Origin: Gammaproteobacteria bacterium
GTDB taxonomy: Bacteria; Pseudomonadota; Gammaproteobacteria; UBA12402
Reading direction: 5' to 3'
Assembly (NCBI GenBank): GCA_018812595.1
Contig: JAHJDF010000005.1
Location: 1 to 43,601 of the forward strand
DNA length: 43,601 nucleotides
Shown: positions 28,335 through 37,209 of the stretch, in pieces
Layout: the number at the start of each line of letters is the position of its first letter
How positions within the stretch are numbered: position 1 is the stretch's first letter
Translations under genes and position numbers: made by a program
The notes under the pieces: generated by a model
Seen by the model: the letters and a program-made list of their open reading frames with translations, nothing else
Told to the model about the DNA's origin: nothing
The model's database searches: none

Positions 28335-29009
28335 ATGTCCATTAAATCTTGGCCAATACATGAACGCCCTCGAGAAAAATTGCTCGAGCAAGGAGCTCAG
28401 CAACTATCCGATACAGAGTTATTGGCGATCTTTATTCGATCAGGGTTGCAAGGAAAAACTGCTGTCGATTTGGCGCGAGAACTCATTCTGCAATTCGGCA
28501 GCTTTAAAGCATTGCTTAAAGCAGAATTTAAAGATTTTTGCCGGATCCCCGGCTTGGGTATCGCAAAATATGCACAACTACAAGCCGCATTAGAAATCAG
28601 CAAACGTTACCTTTATGAAGATTCCACGAATCAAGAAGTGTTAACAAATCCTCGGAGTGTTAAAAAATTTCTGATCTCACATTTTCGAAATCACAAAAGA
28701 GAGGTGTTCGCATGTATTTACCTAAACAACAAAAACCGAGTGATCGGATTTAAAGAGCTTTTTTTTGGAAGCATTAACCGAGCCGACATCTATCCGCGTG
28801 AAATCGTGAAATCTGCATTAGAACAAAACGCTGCCGCCGTTATTTTCGTACACAACCACACATCAGGCGATCCAACCCCCAGTGACGCAGATCGAGAAAT
28901 CACGAAGGTATTAAAGAAAGCTTTGGAAATCGTAGAAATCAAAACACTCGATCACATGGTCATCGGTGAACAAGGCTGTTTCTCATTAGCAGAGTTCGGA
29001 TGGGCTTAG
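28335..29009 (+). CDS. radC: RadC/YicR JAB-domain protein
   Basis: ERPREKL, LSDTELLAI, YPREI, HNHTSGDPTPSDAD, LDHMVIG. Confidence 0.96.
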   Translation: MSIKSWPIHERPREKLLEQGAQQLSDTELLAIFIRSGLQGKTAVDLARELILQFGSFKALLKAEFKDFCRIPGLGIAKYAQLQAALEISKRYLYEDSTNQEVLTNPRSVKKFLISHFRNHKREVFACIYLNNKNRVIGFKELFFGSINRADIYPREIVKSALEQNAAAVIFVHNHTSGDPTPSDADREITKVLKKALEIVEIKTLDHMVIGEQGCFSLAEFGWA

Positions 29010-29033
29010 CTGCTTGCTAAAAATCCACTTCAT

Positions 29034-29314
29034 CGTCATTCTTAGCTTTGGCGGGAATCCAGGGAAACCAACCTTCTAGTAATAACGCTCAAGGAACGTC
29101 ATTCCCGCGTAGGCGGGAATCCAGGGAAACCAACCTTCTAGTAATAACGCGCAAAGAACATCATTCTTAGCTTCGGCGGGAATCCAGAAAATGAATGAGA
29201 CTTGGATCCCCGCCTTCGCGGGGATGACGTTGGTCTGGGCGGGGATGACGTTGGTCTGGGCGGGGATGACGTTGGTCTGGGCGGGGATGACGTTGGTCTG
29301 GGCGGGGATGACGT
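29034..29314. repeat. REP cluster: two 62-63-bp tandem units, a doublet, then four 21-bp units
   Basis: REP starts at 29034, 29097 and 29159 with near-identical spacers; GTTGGTCTGGGCGGGGATGAC x4 at 29229-29312. Confidence 0.92.
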
Positions 29315-29369
29315 CAGTGTTTGTTTTTAGATGTATGTGGTATGTGAATTTTAATGAGGGAGCCCTGCG

Positions 29370-29993
29370 CTAGCGGACGGGAGTGTATCCAGCTCTTGTT
29401 ACTACTGAGCTATATCTCTCTTGCACTTTTTCCTTTGCTTTCTTAAAAAATGACACCGGACATGTTCCGCAGAAACCAAGAGGCGCGGCTAATAAAAATA
29501 GGGCCGTGTGCCCTATTTTTGAACGCTTGCTTTCTTCGCTTTGAACAGCCTGCTTAAGATCTTTGTATTCCGATATTGGGGCTTCTATTGCTGTCTGTAT
29601 GGCTGTTTTAACCAACTTAGGGTAAGTGGCAAAATTTTCCAACTGAAAGCAGCAATTCAGAAAGAAATATGTGCCTCTGTCTATTGAATCTGACTCTCTA
29701 TCCCTGATTTTGTTTGCTAACGCAGAATGATGACGATGCACATTTAGACAGAGATAACCAAGCTCACATGCCGTAGCTAGCAACGTAACGCCTGCAAATA
29801 CACCAGTGCCTAAAAGCAATGATCCGGAAACAAAACAAGCCACCACATCACAAACTAATGCGAAAGTTACGATGGATCCAAGCATCGCCTGAAAACCAAT
29901 GGATCCTGCTCGATGGTTTCGGTCATTTTTCGGCAACAAAATTTGCATCACATTGCGCACAACACTGTCAAAAATTCGTTCGCTCTCCAACAT
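29370..29993 (-). CDS. Hypothetical membrane protein, paralogue of 30153-30749
   Basis: Long hydrophobic hairpin; GGGAGG RBS; shares RNVMQ-LPK, TYPK and C-terminal YTPVR with its neighbour. Confidence 0.8.
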   Translation of the reverse strand: MLESERIFDSVVRNVMQILLPKNDRNHRAGSIGFQAMLGSIVTFALVCDVVACFVSGSLLLGTGVFAGVTLLATACELGYLCLNVHRHHSALANKIRDRESDSIDRGTYFFLNCCFQLENFATYPKLVKTAIQTAIEAPISEYKDLKQAVQSEESKRSKIGHTALFLLAAPLGFCGTCPVSFFKKAKEKVQERYSSVVTRAGYTPVR

Positions 29994-30152
29994 TTGTTCA
30001 CCCTCCCATTTTTCTTTTTCTTGATAAAATTCAGTATAGACAGAATTTATGAATACGCAGAAAAAGTCTGGAAAATCAGTATCGAGTCAAAATGATAAAA
30101 AATTGTTAAAAGTAATGTTGTATTTCAGAGGAGGGCTATATCGTTTCTATCA

Positions 30153-30749
30153 TCATCTAACGGGAGTGTATCTCGCTCTTGCCAAGACCGATTGATATCT
30201 CTCTTTCAAGTTTTGACCTGTTTTCCGGAAAAAGGTCGCTGGGCATTTTGTCAAACATGCGATAGGCGCAACTAATGCATACCCAACGGTATACGCTACT
30301 TTTACGGGGTTACTCTTCCTCTCAATATTCTTTTTTAATCCTTTGCCTTCCAATACAGGAACTTCCATTACCGCCTTCAACCCTGATTTAAGTATTTTTG
30401 GATATGTGCACGGACGACAGGAATCAAGAATGAAATATGTGGCCTTATCTATTCCGTCAGCTATTTCAGAATTTATTTTGTCTTTCAAAGAGGAACGATG
30501 TCGATTCGCATTCACCAAGAGATAGCAGGCCTCAAAACCCACAAATTGAGCAGCAGCAACTAATAATGCAATTGGCAACATCAGCCTTAATCCAAATGCA
30601 AACATAAAACCAATCAGCACAAGACTTGCGGTGTTTACTACAAATACAATCTGACAATCAATCGCCAACATCCTGTGACCCAGCTTACTTTTCGGCAAAA
30701 AAACTTGCATCACATTGCGGATAACAGATTCAACAGCTTCAGATAACAT
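30153..30749 (-). CDS. Hypothetical membrane protein, paralogue of 29370-29993
   Basis: AGGAGG RBS; same motifs as its neighbour. Confidence 0.8.
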   Translation of the reverse strand: MLSEAVESVIRNVMQVFLPKSKLGHRMLAIDCQIVFVVNTASLVLIGFMFAFGLRLMLPIALLVAAAQFVGFEACYLLVNANRHRSSLKDKINSEIADGIDKATYFILDSCRPCTYPKILKSGLKAVMEVPVLEGKGLKKNIERKSNPVKVAYTVGYALVAPIACLTKCPATFFRKTGQNLKERYQSVLARARYTPVR

Positions 30750-30832
30750 TTGAACCTCCTGTTCTTCTCTTTATTCGATGCACTTCAGTATGTATCTATT
30801 TTAGACGTTTGCAGAAATAAGGTTTTATTGCG

Positions 30833-32263
30833 TCATCTTGGCTTCGAACCGTGGGGGTGAAGAACCCCATCTTCTAACCAAGGAAATATAACTTGATCCT
30901 CATTTGGCTCAGATCGCCCTTTAAGGAATTTGGACAAAAGCCACGGACTAATTTTTGGAGAAGTTAAAACGGTGCTTAAATATAAAACAGTCCGTAATAA
31001 CCGATTAGAAGCAAACGGCCTCGATTCATGGATAGATCGATGCATTTTTCCTACTACTTTGTGTATGCCTTTTGAAAGCAATAAAGTTAAGAGGGCATAT
31101 TCCATCATAGAAAGCGTCAGAGAAGAAAAATAAGAATAGCAAGAAAGACACTGAGACCCGAAATCAATCGCACCATGCGCAACCGGTTCTAGGTAATTAA
31201 AAGCCGTGTCTCTTGATACCCCACAATCTTCACAAATATCCCCCATAAGAGAAGAGGACAACGTTTTTTGCGCCCATCGAGTCCCTAATTCAATTGCTAG
31301 ATTTCGAAGCACGGGCATTCCTAACCAACATTGCATTACCCAAAAAAACGCCGCACTGCCTCCGCTAAACGAGAGCTTTAACCCATTGGGCAATTCAGGA
31401 AATTGCAAATCAAGAACTTCTCTGAAGATAGATAAATCTGAAACCTTAGAGGAAAGGGAGATAAATCCTGCACCGAGATTGTTGTACCAACGACCGGAAT
31501 TAGAGATGGCAAATTCTTTTTCATCAATGAATGAAACAAGTTCTTCAGACCGTGCTTTAAGAAAAGACGATAAATCAGTAGACGGTTCTGCTAGGTCTGA
31601 TGATTCAAGCAATTGAAGCAATAGATCCAAAATACGATGAAGCGGCAAATAGGAAAAACGATAGAAAGCCTCCCTATTTGAAAAAAGCTCCTGCACTCGC
31701 CTTGAATACGCAAAGGTTTGTTCTTCTTCAACTCGAAATTGATTCAATCCCCTGAACCAACTCTCCAGAAACACATATCGCTGAATAGCACGAAACAAAT
31801 TGGAGGGAATCGTCCTATGCTTTTGAGAAAAAGTATCGACAGGTTCTTTAAGTGATGTCGTTAATGTTTCCCCCTTTTTTTGAAATGCTTCTCGGGTTCC
31901 TTCATTTGTTTTGTATACCATTAGAAACGCATCATCGTTGAGCCGACTAAAGTCATCCTTATAACGGTTTAGCGCTTTCCGATAATCTTCAAAAGAAATC
32001 GAGCTATCTAGTTCGGAACATTGTTGTAAACAATTTTCTAAAACGGAATACAGTCTATTTATGACCTCTGACATCTCTTGCAATGTCTCTAACTTTATTT
32101 TTTGTATGGTGCCCCAAGCTTTAAGCGCCCTTCTTGTGCTTTCAATGCACTCAAAAGTCTCAGAAGGAAACAACCGAAAAAAAAGCCGCAATTGCTGATA
32201 CAACGCGTTGATACATTGAAATTGAAGATCAAAAACTGAGGGATAAAGCTGTGGATTGGTCAT
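30833..32263 (-). CDS. Hypothetical protein (helical N-half, hydrophobic segments in C-half)
   Basis: 476-aa open frame with no recognised family. Confidence 0.7.
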   Translation of the reverse strand: MTNPQLYPSVFDLQFQCINALYQQLRLFFRLFPSETFECIESTRRALKAWGTIQKIKLETLQEMSEVINRLYSVLENCLQQCSELDSSISFEDYRKALNRYKDDFSRLNDDAFLMVYKTNEGTREAFQKKGETLTTSLKEPVDTFSQKHRTIPSNLFRAIQRYVFLESWFRGLNQFRVEEEQTFAYSRRVQELFSNREAFYRFSYLPLHRILDLLLQLLESSDLAEPSTDLSSFLKARSEELVSFIDEKEFAISNSGRWYNNLGAGFISLSSKVSDLSIFREVLDLQFPELPNGLKLSFSGGSAAFFWVMQCWLGMPVLRNLAIELGTRWAQKTLSSSLMGDICEDCGVSRDTAFNYLEPVAHGAIDFGSQCLSCYSYFSSLTLSMMEYALLTLLLSKGIHKVVGKMHRSIHESRPFASNRLLRTVLYLSTVLTSPKISPWLLSKFLKGRSEPNEDQVIFPWLEDGVLHPHGSKPR

Positions 32264-32493
32264 TTTTTATTCTCATAATCTTTAGAACAACCTATCAAAT
32301 ACCATAGCACACGATTCCAACAGAAGGGGTTGCAGCACCTCCTAAGTTTTCTATAAAAATACCTCCTTTACAGAGTTCTCCCCCTTAGATCCCCTATCAG
32401 CAAAACATTTCACTTGCTCGAAAATGGGGGATTTGCTATAAGAGCGCCCTTTTTTGCCCGGTCTAAATAGGCCATAACGTTTTGGAGTTCATC

Positions 32494-32727
32494 ATGCCTC
32501 GCATTTGTATTGTTACCGGCAAACACGTGATGAGTGGTAACAACGTTTCTCACTCCCATCACAAAACAAGACGCAAATTTAACCCTAATTTGCATACCCA
32601 TCGCTTTTGGCTTGAAAGCGAACAACGCTTTATAAAATTGCGTGTCAGCAAGAAAGGAATGAAGACAATCGATAAAAAGGGCTTGGAAGCTGTTCTATTT
32701 GATATGCAAGAAAAAGAAGGGGCGTAA
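32494..32727 (+). CDS. rpmB: 50S ribosomal protein L28
   Basis: [26 protein letters not shown]; GGAG RBS. Confidence 0.97.
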   Translation: MPRICIVTGKHVMSGNNVSHSHHKTRRKFNPNLHTHRFWLESEQRFIKLRVSKKGMKTIDKKGLEAVLFDMQEKEGA

Positions 32728-32730
32728 ATC

Positions 32731-32934
32731 ATGGCAGTCCGCGAAAAAATTCGAATGAATTCAACGGGTGTTAAGAAAGACGGTAAAAAAACCGGCTATT
32801 TCAAAACAACTACGAAAAATAAAACCAACATGAAAGAAAAATTCAAAAAGAAGTATTTCGACCCGCGTGCGTGGAATCCTGAAACAGAAAAATTCGGAAT
32901 GCATGTCCTTTTTGAAGAAGGAAAGATCAAGTAA
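32731..32934 (+). CDS. rpmG: 50S ribosomal protein L33 (extended, Cys-free)
   Basis: [31 protein letters not shown]; follows rpmB. Confidence 0.9.
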   Translation: MAVREKIRMNSTGVKKDGKKTGYFKTTTKNKTNMKEKFKKKYFDPRAWNPETEKFGMHVLFEEGKIK

Positions 32935-32937
32935 TTC

Positions 32938-32966
32938 AAAAGGGCGAACAATCGCCCTTTTCTTTC
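32938..32966 (+). terminator. Intrinsic terminator of rpmB-rpmG
   Basis: AAAAGGGCGA-ACAA-TCGCCCTTTT followed by CTTT. Confidence 0.8.
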
Positions 32967-33028
32967 TCCTTCACTCTCCATTCCTTGTGCTATCCTTATT
33001 CCATCTTCATCAATAAAAACAAGTTGTT

Positions 33029-33445
33029 ATGAACAATCCAAAATCTTCAATTTCTGAAATAAAGCGCAAAAAAAGCGATCGAACGCGCCCAATTTCTAAA
33101 ATAGAGCACAAGAAACAATTAGAAAAAAGACAAAGCCTACAAATGCTCATCTCAGCCGGTCACGAAGCCTCTAAAGCCGGTGTATTAGGCCAACGAATGC
33201 CAGAAGAACAAACGCCTGAAGGAAATGAAGCGCCCGCAGAAGAAATGTCGCAAATAAAAGAACATCCTTGGTTGAGCCAGCTTCCAGTCGGCTGCAATGA
33301 CCCCGCATTATCTAAGTGGATAAAAAATAACTCTCACTGGAAAACAGTGTTACAACAATATCCGGAACTGGCCCCCCCAGAATTGAGGTTGTTAGCTGAA
33401 GCTAAAAAAGTTCATACCCCTCTCCCAGTGCTCGTACGCTCTTAA
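33029..33445 (+). CDS. Hypothetical hydrophilic protein
   Basis: 138-aa ORF; the basic N-terminus and IKEHPWL motif recall a Legionellales conserved hypothetical (from memory, unverified). Confidence 0.65.
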   Translation: MNNPKSSISEIKRKKSDRTRPISKIEHKKQLEKRQSLQMLISAGHEASKAGVLGQRMPEEQTPEGNEAPAEEMSQIKEHPWLSQLPVGCNDPALSKWIKNNSHWKTVLQQYPELAPPELRLLAEAKKVHTPLPVLVRS

Positions 33446-33492
33446 CACAAGATGTGAAAAACATAGCTCTGCAATTTGCAGCATCGCCATCC

Positions 33493-34470
33493 CTAACGAG
33501 GGATTCTTTTTCTATACCCAGTATTGAGTCTTCTTTGTGCCAACCGTTCTTCCTGTTCTCGTAGCAATTTTTCTGAACTTTCCAAAACCACGTTTACCAA
33601 ATCAGTCGCATTGATGGGTGGGAAGAAAACCCCAACCTCATCAGCCTCTTCATAAATCTTAGTGCTCACAGAATCATTTTCGACTTCAACAGTTACGGTT
33701 ATCCCAAGCTCTTCACTATCAAAAACACTAAGGTAAGGAGACAGTTGCAAAGTGAGCGGCTTATCTTCGATAGAAAGCGATAAATCATCTCTTTCCCCTC
33801 GACTCAAAAAGTCATAAAAACTTTTACGAAACACGTCATCACGCAACAATCTAAATAAACCCTTATATTCTTCTACCCGTTCATCTTCCGTGTTGTCATC
33901 TGGTCGTTGGCCTCCATACACGCTTAAAGCATTTAAACGCACCACTTCTATCTCTTTTAAATTGAGAGAACCAATTCGCTTCAAGCTTTCGGTCAAGAAA
34001 ATACGCAGATGCGCTTGCTGCTCTTCATAATTTTGACCTTCCTCAACTTCTTCTAACTCCGACTCTGTTTCCAAATCCGAATCCTCATCTGTTTCTGATT
34101 CTGTTTCTGATTCTGATTCTGATTCTGAAATCTCACTATCGTCTTCTGCGCTGTCAATCAAACGATCCATGCCCGAGTGAAATAGAGCAATATAACGCTT
34201 CCACTCTTTGCTTACCTGCACCTCAAAATCCAAAACAAACACTAAACACGAAGCAACAGCTCCGGTAAAAAGATGTTCTCCTTTTTGAAACGGAATAACC
34301 TTTAGTTCATCCATGTCCACATCCACTTCGCTTAACAATTTGCACCATGCTGGCAAAGAAACAAATTGTTCTCGCTCATCTTTTATTCTTCTTCTTTTAA
34401 ACATAAGACCCTCTTTTGTTTCTCTAATTAAATCTTCAAAAATATAGTAATGAAAATGCCTTTTTGCCAA
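33493..34470 (-). CDS. Hypothetical acidic protein with an ES/ET low-complexity tract
   Basis: 325-aa ORF; a 6-nt microsatellite at ~34088-34127 encodes SESESESETESETD. Confidence 0.7.
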   Translation of the reverse strand: MAKRHFHYYIFEDLIRETKEGLMFKRRRIKDEREQFVSLPAWCKLLSEVDVDMDELKVIPFQKGEHLFTGAVASCLVFVLDFEVQVSKEWKRYIALFHSGMDRLIDSAEDDSEISESESESETESETDEDSDLETESELEEVEEGQNYEEQQAHLRIFLTESLKRIGSLNLKEIEVVRLNALSVYGGQRPDDNTEDERVEEYKGLFRLLRDDVFRKSFYDFLSRGERDDLSLSIEDKPLTLQLSPYLSVFDSEELGITVTVEVENDSVSTKIYEEADEVGVFFPPINATDLVNVVLESSEKLLREQEERLAQRRLNTGYRKRIPR

Positions 34471-34574
34471 TCACCAACCAACGATAAAAATCTCAGCATT
34501 ACTTTTCACACATTTAAAAATGTGTCGTAAACTTTTCAGGGAATTTTCAACACCACCTTAAAAGGAATTTACAT

Positions 34575-35105
34575 ATGTACATATTCAAACGCTCTCTAAC
34601 CACTCTCGCACTTTTTATTTATAGCATTACCGCTTTAGCCCTACCGACGTCACCCTCTAAAAATCCACCGTTGCAACTTCTATTCATTCAAGAAGCTAAA
34701 ATCGCTGAGCTCACGCCAATGCAACAAACAGGGCAGTACCAACTAACACTGAAACAAGTCTCACCCAGAGTGATTTATTTTTCAGACAGGCCTCATCGAG
34801 TCGTTGGACAAACGACAACCAGTAAATTCATCAACGCATGGAATAAAAATTCAGACAGTTTCGCAAAAAATAATCCGAATGCTGCGTTGCATTATGCGAC
34901 CTTCGAAGCAAGCAATAAGCATGGTATTCACACAACGGTCTATAAATTACAGAAACCCGTATACAACAAAGCAGCCCATACCTTGACTTATCAAGTCACG
35001 CCATTGCAAACCGACTTTGCTCTAGCGCATATCACTTATCATGACCCTGTTTTATTCATCGATTCCTTCATACCAAGCTGTGGCGTAACATGCGAAATCA
35101 TGTAG
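34575..35105 (+). CDS. Secreted hypothetical protein
   Basis: Signal peptide; LLFIQEA, YFSDRPHR, NPNAAL and LFID motifs; AAGGA RBS. Confidence 0.8.
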   Translation: MYIFKRSLTTLALFIYSITALALPTSPSKNPPLQLLFIQEAKIAELTPMQQTGQYQLTLKQVSPRVIYFSDRPHRVVGQTTTSKFINAWNKNSDSFAKNNPNAALHYATFEASNKHGIHTTVYKLQKPVYNKAAHTLTYQVTPLQTDFALAHITYHDPVLFIDSFIPSCGVTCEIM

Positions 35106-35116
35106 AAAATCTATGC

Positions 35117-35143
35117 GGTGGAGACAATAAAAGAGTCTCCACC
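35117..35143. terminator. Hairpin between the secreted ORF and ankH
   Basis: GGTGGAGAC-N9-GTCTCCACC; argues against the GTG start at 35118. Confidence 0.45.
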
Positions 35144-35147
35144 CCTT

Positions 35148-36572
35148 ATGACCAACCATTTCAACCATATGAATCACACACTTTCAGACGCCATCATTTA
35201 CGATTCTGCCGAAGCAGTGCAACAACTCGCAACATCTCCTGATCTCAATAAATTCGATGAATACGGCTACACACCACTGATTCAAACCGCCATTGTGAAC
35301 GACACACAGAAAGCGCAAATCGTTATAAATGCCGGTGCCGACGTAAATGGATTTGATTTAACAGGAAGAACAGCGCTGCATTGGGCTGCTGAAAACAACA
35401 ATCTTGAGCTGTGCAAGTTATTACTCAAACACAAAGCAAACCCCAATGCATATACAAGAGCAGGACAACCCGTCCTCGTGATGCCCTTGCTACGCAACTA
35501 TCGATCGATCACAAAGCTCATTCGATCACGAGAAGGAGACCTCAACTTCGCGCAAGATTTCATTAACACAAAATTACTCGGCCATCGGTTCGAGCTGCTC
35601 GGCCAAGTAGACATCGTTGATAACACGAACACTTTCATCGAAATCAATTACGAAGGTTTCTATTTAGAATTCACCGTAGCGTTGGCATTGCATTCGTTGC
35701 TGAGTTTTCAAAACAACTACGCCGCTCGAAACTTACGCCCGCTTTTCAATCAAATTGGAAAAATCGCAACCGCAATACATATTGCGAGCAAGCTCATCAG
35801 TTACCAAAATTACCTGGTAAACGTAGAACAAAATCAAAGCACGATTCAAAAACTACTTAGCTATCCGTTACGAATGATCCCCGTTGCTTACCAAGGCCAT
35901 GCCATTTCCTTCATGCAATTAGGCCCCTATTTTGCTCGTTGTGATCGCGGCGCATTTGGTAAAAAGCACGGCACAGCGATCATCTACGTCATGAAACACC
36001 CTGAACTTTTTACAGACCAATTGATTCAAAAATTGATGTACACCCGCCAACACTCCGCTTTTATTGAGCGAGGAATTGATGAAACGCTCGATTTAATCCC
36101 TTTGATGACGCTGCCATTGTCTCCACAAACTGCGGGCAATTGTTCCTGGGCAAACACCGAAGGATCCGCTCCGATCATGCTTGCCATGCTCTTGCTTTAC
36201 GAGCTTCACGATCACTCACAACAAGACTTAAAAATCATCGAAAAAGAAGCAATGAATTTTTATGAGAATTGGGTGGAATGGGATAAACGAATTGCGCTCA
36301 TTCACTGTATTGATGCATTCAAGTACGCGAACAAAGCAAGGCGTGCATCGAAAGCCGCTGTGCTCGCGGCAATCTTTTTCCAAAGTTGTGATTACGACGA
36401 TCCAAAAGACAGGGAAAAAGTTAAAAAAATTCTTCCCATCCTAACAAACGCACAATATCGCTACATTCTAAAAAGCTATGTGGATGTCTACTGTAAAGAT
36501 AGTGAATCAGAAGATGCCAAACGATTACTTGGCATCCTGGATGATTTTGGAATTGATGCGTCGCAACTATAA
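35148..36572 (+). CDS. ankH: Dot/Icm effector AnkH (LegA3) homologue: ankyrin repeats + cysteine-protease-like domain
   Basis: DEYGYTPLI, DLTGRTALHWA, KLLGHRFEL-G-VDIV, YEGF-LEFT, GHA, CDRG, GNCSWAN, WVEWDK and YILKSY match AnkH as recalled along its full length. Alternative start at 35169. Confidence 0.88.
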   Translation: MTNHFNHMNHTLSDAIIYDSAEAVQQLATSPDLNKFDEYGYTPLIQTAIVNDTQKAQIVINAGADVNGFDLTGRTALHWAAENNNLELCKLLLKHKANPNAYTRAGQPVLVMPLLRNYRSITKLIRSREGDLNFAQDFINTKLLGHRFELLGQVDIVDNTNTFIEINYEGFYLEFTVALALHSLLSFQNNYAARNLRPLFNQIGKIATAIHIASKLISYQNYLVNVEQNQSTIQKLLSYPLRMIPVAYQGHAISFMQLGPYFARCDRGAFGKKHGTAIIYVMKHPELFTDQLIQKLMYTRQHSAFIERGIDETLDLIPLMTLPLSPQTAGNCSWANTEGSAPIMLAMLLLYELHDHSQQDLKIIEKEAMNFYENWVEWDKRIALIHCIDAFKYANKARRASKAAVLAAIFFQSCDYDDPKDREKVKKILPILTNAQYRYILKSYVDVYCKDSESEDAKRLLGILDDFGIDASQL

Positions 36573-37040
36573 TTTTCGTTGCAATGCAGCTTGGACAAGC
36601 TTAGGCACGAAAGACGATACATCCCCTCCTGCTATCGCAATTTCTTTAATCAAACTAGAAGAAACAAAGGTGTAATTCTCTGAAGGGGTAAGAAACACCG
36701 TTTCAATCTCTCCCAAAAAACGATTCACGCTCGCCATTTGAAATTCATAATCAAAATCAGAAACAACCCTTAACCCTCTTAAAATAATGTTTGTTTCTTG
36801 TTCTTTAGCAAAATCAGCTAACAATCCAGAAAACCCTTTCACTGCAACACGGTTGTCTTCAGCAAACACACCTCGGACTAACTGTTCGCGTTCTTGCAAA
36901 GAAAACAAAGGTGCTTTTCTTGGATTGTCAGCAATGCCAACAACCACCGTATCAAAAATTTCTAATGCTCTTTTAATGAGGTCTACATGCCCATACGTAA
37001 TGGGATCAAAGGTCCCTGCATAAATAATTTTGTTTTTCAT
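36567..37040 (-). CDS. coaD: Phosphopantetheine adenylyltransferase
   Basis: GTFDPITYGH, RGLRVVSDFDYE, VSSSLIKEIA. Confidence 0.98.
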   Translation of the reverse strand: MKNKIIYAGTFDPITYGHVDLIKRALEIFDTVVVGIADNPRKAPLFSLQEREQLVRGVFAEDNRVAVKGFSGLLADFAKEQETNIILRGLRVVSDFDYEFQMASVNRFLGEIETVFLTPSENYTFVSSSLIKEIAIAGGDVSSFVPKLVQAALQRKL

Positions 37041-37075
37041 GTTCGTTCCTCAATGTTTTTCTATAACTTCGCCAT

Positions 37076-37202
37076 CGTCATTCTTAGCTTCTTACTGAAA
37101 TCCAGATCCGCTCTGTCATTCCCGCGCAGGCGGGAATCCAGAATTAATATATTTTTCCAGATCCACACCGAAGCGGGGATGACGACAGAATCGGGGATGA
37201 CG
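37076..37202. repeat. Composite REP cluster between coaD and topA
   Basis: Degenerate half, doublet, then one 18-bp end duplication (ACAGAATCGGGGATGACG). Confidence 0.88.
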
Positions 37203-37209
37203 ATTCTTA

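Noticed and set aside
29034-29187. CRISPR array (28-bp palindromic repeats with ~35-bp spacers)
   Set aside because: The spacers are near-identical to each other, the repeats vary and belong to the dispersed REP family, and there are no cas genes or leader.
30095-30109. PmrA box upstream of the orphan paralogue
   Set aside because: TTAA-N7-TTAT is only a partial match in very AT-rich DNA and cannot be distinguished from chance.
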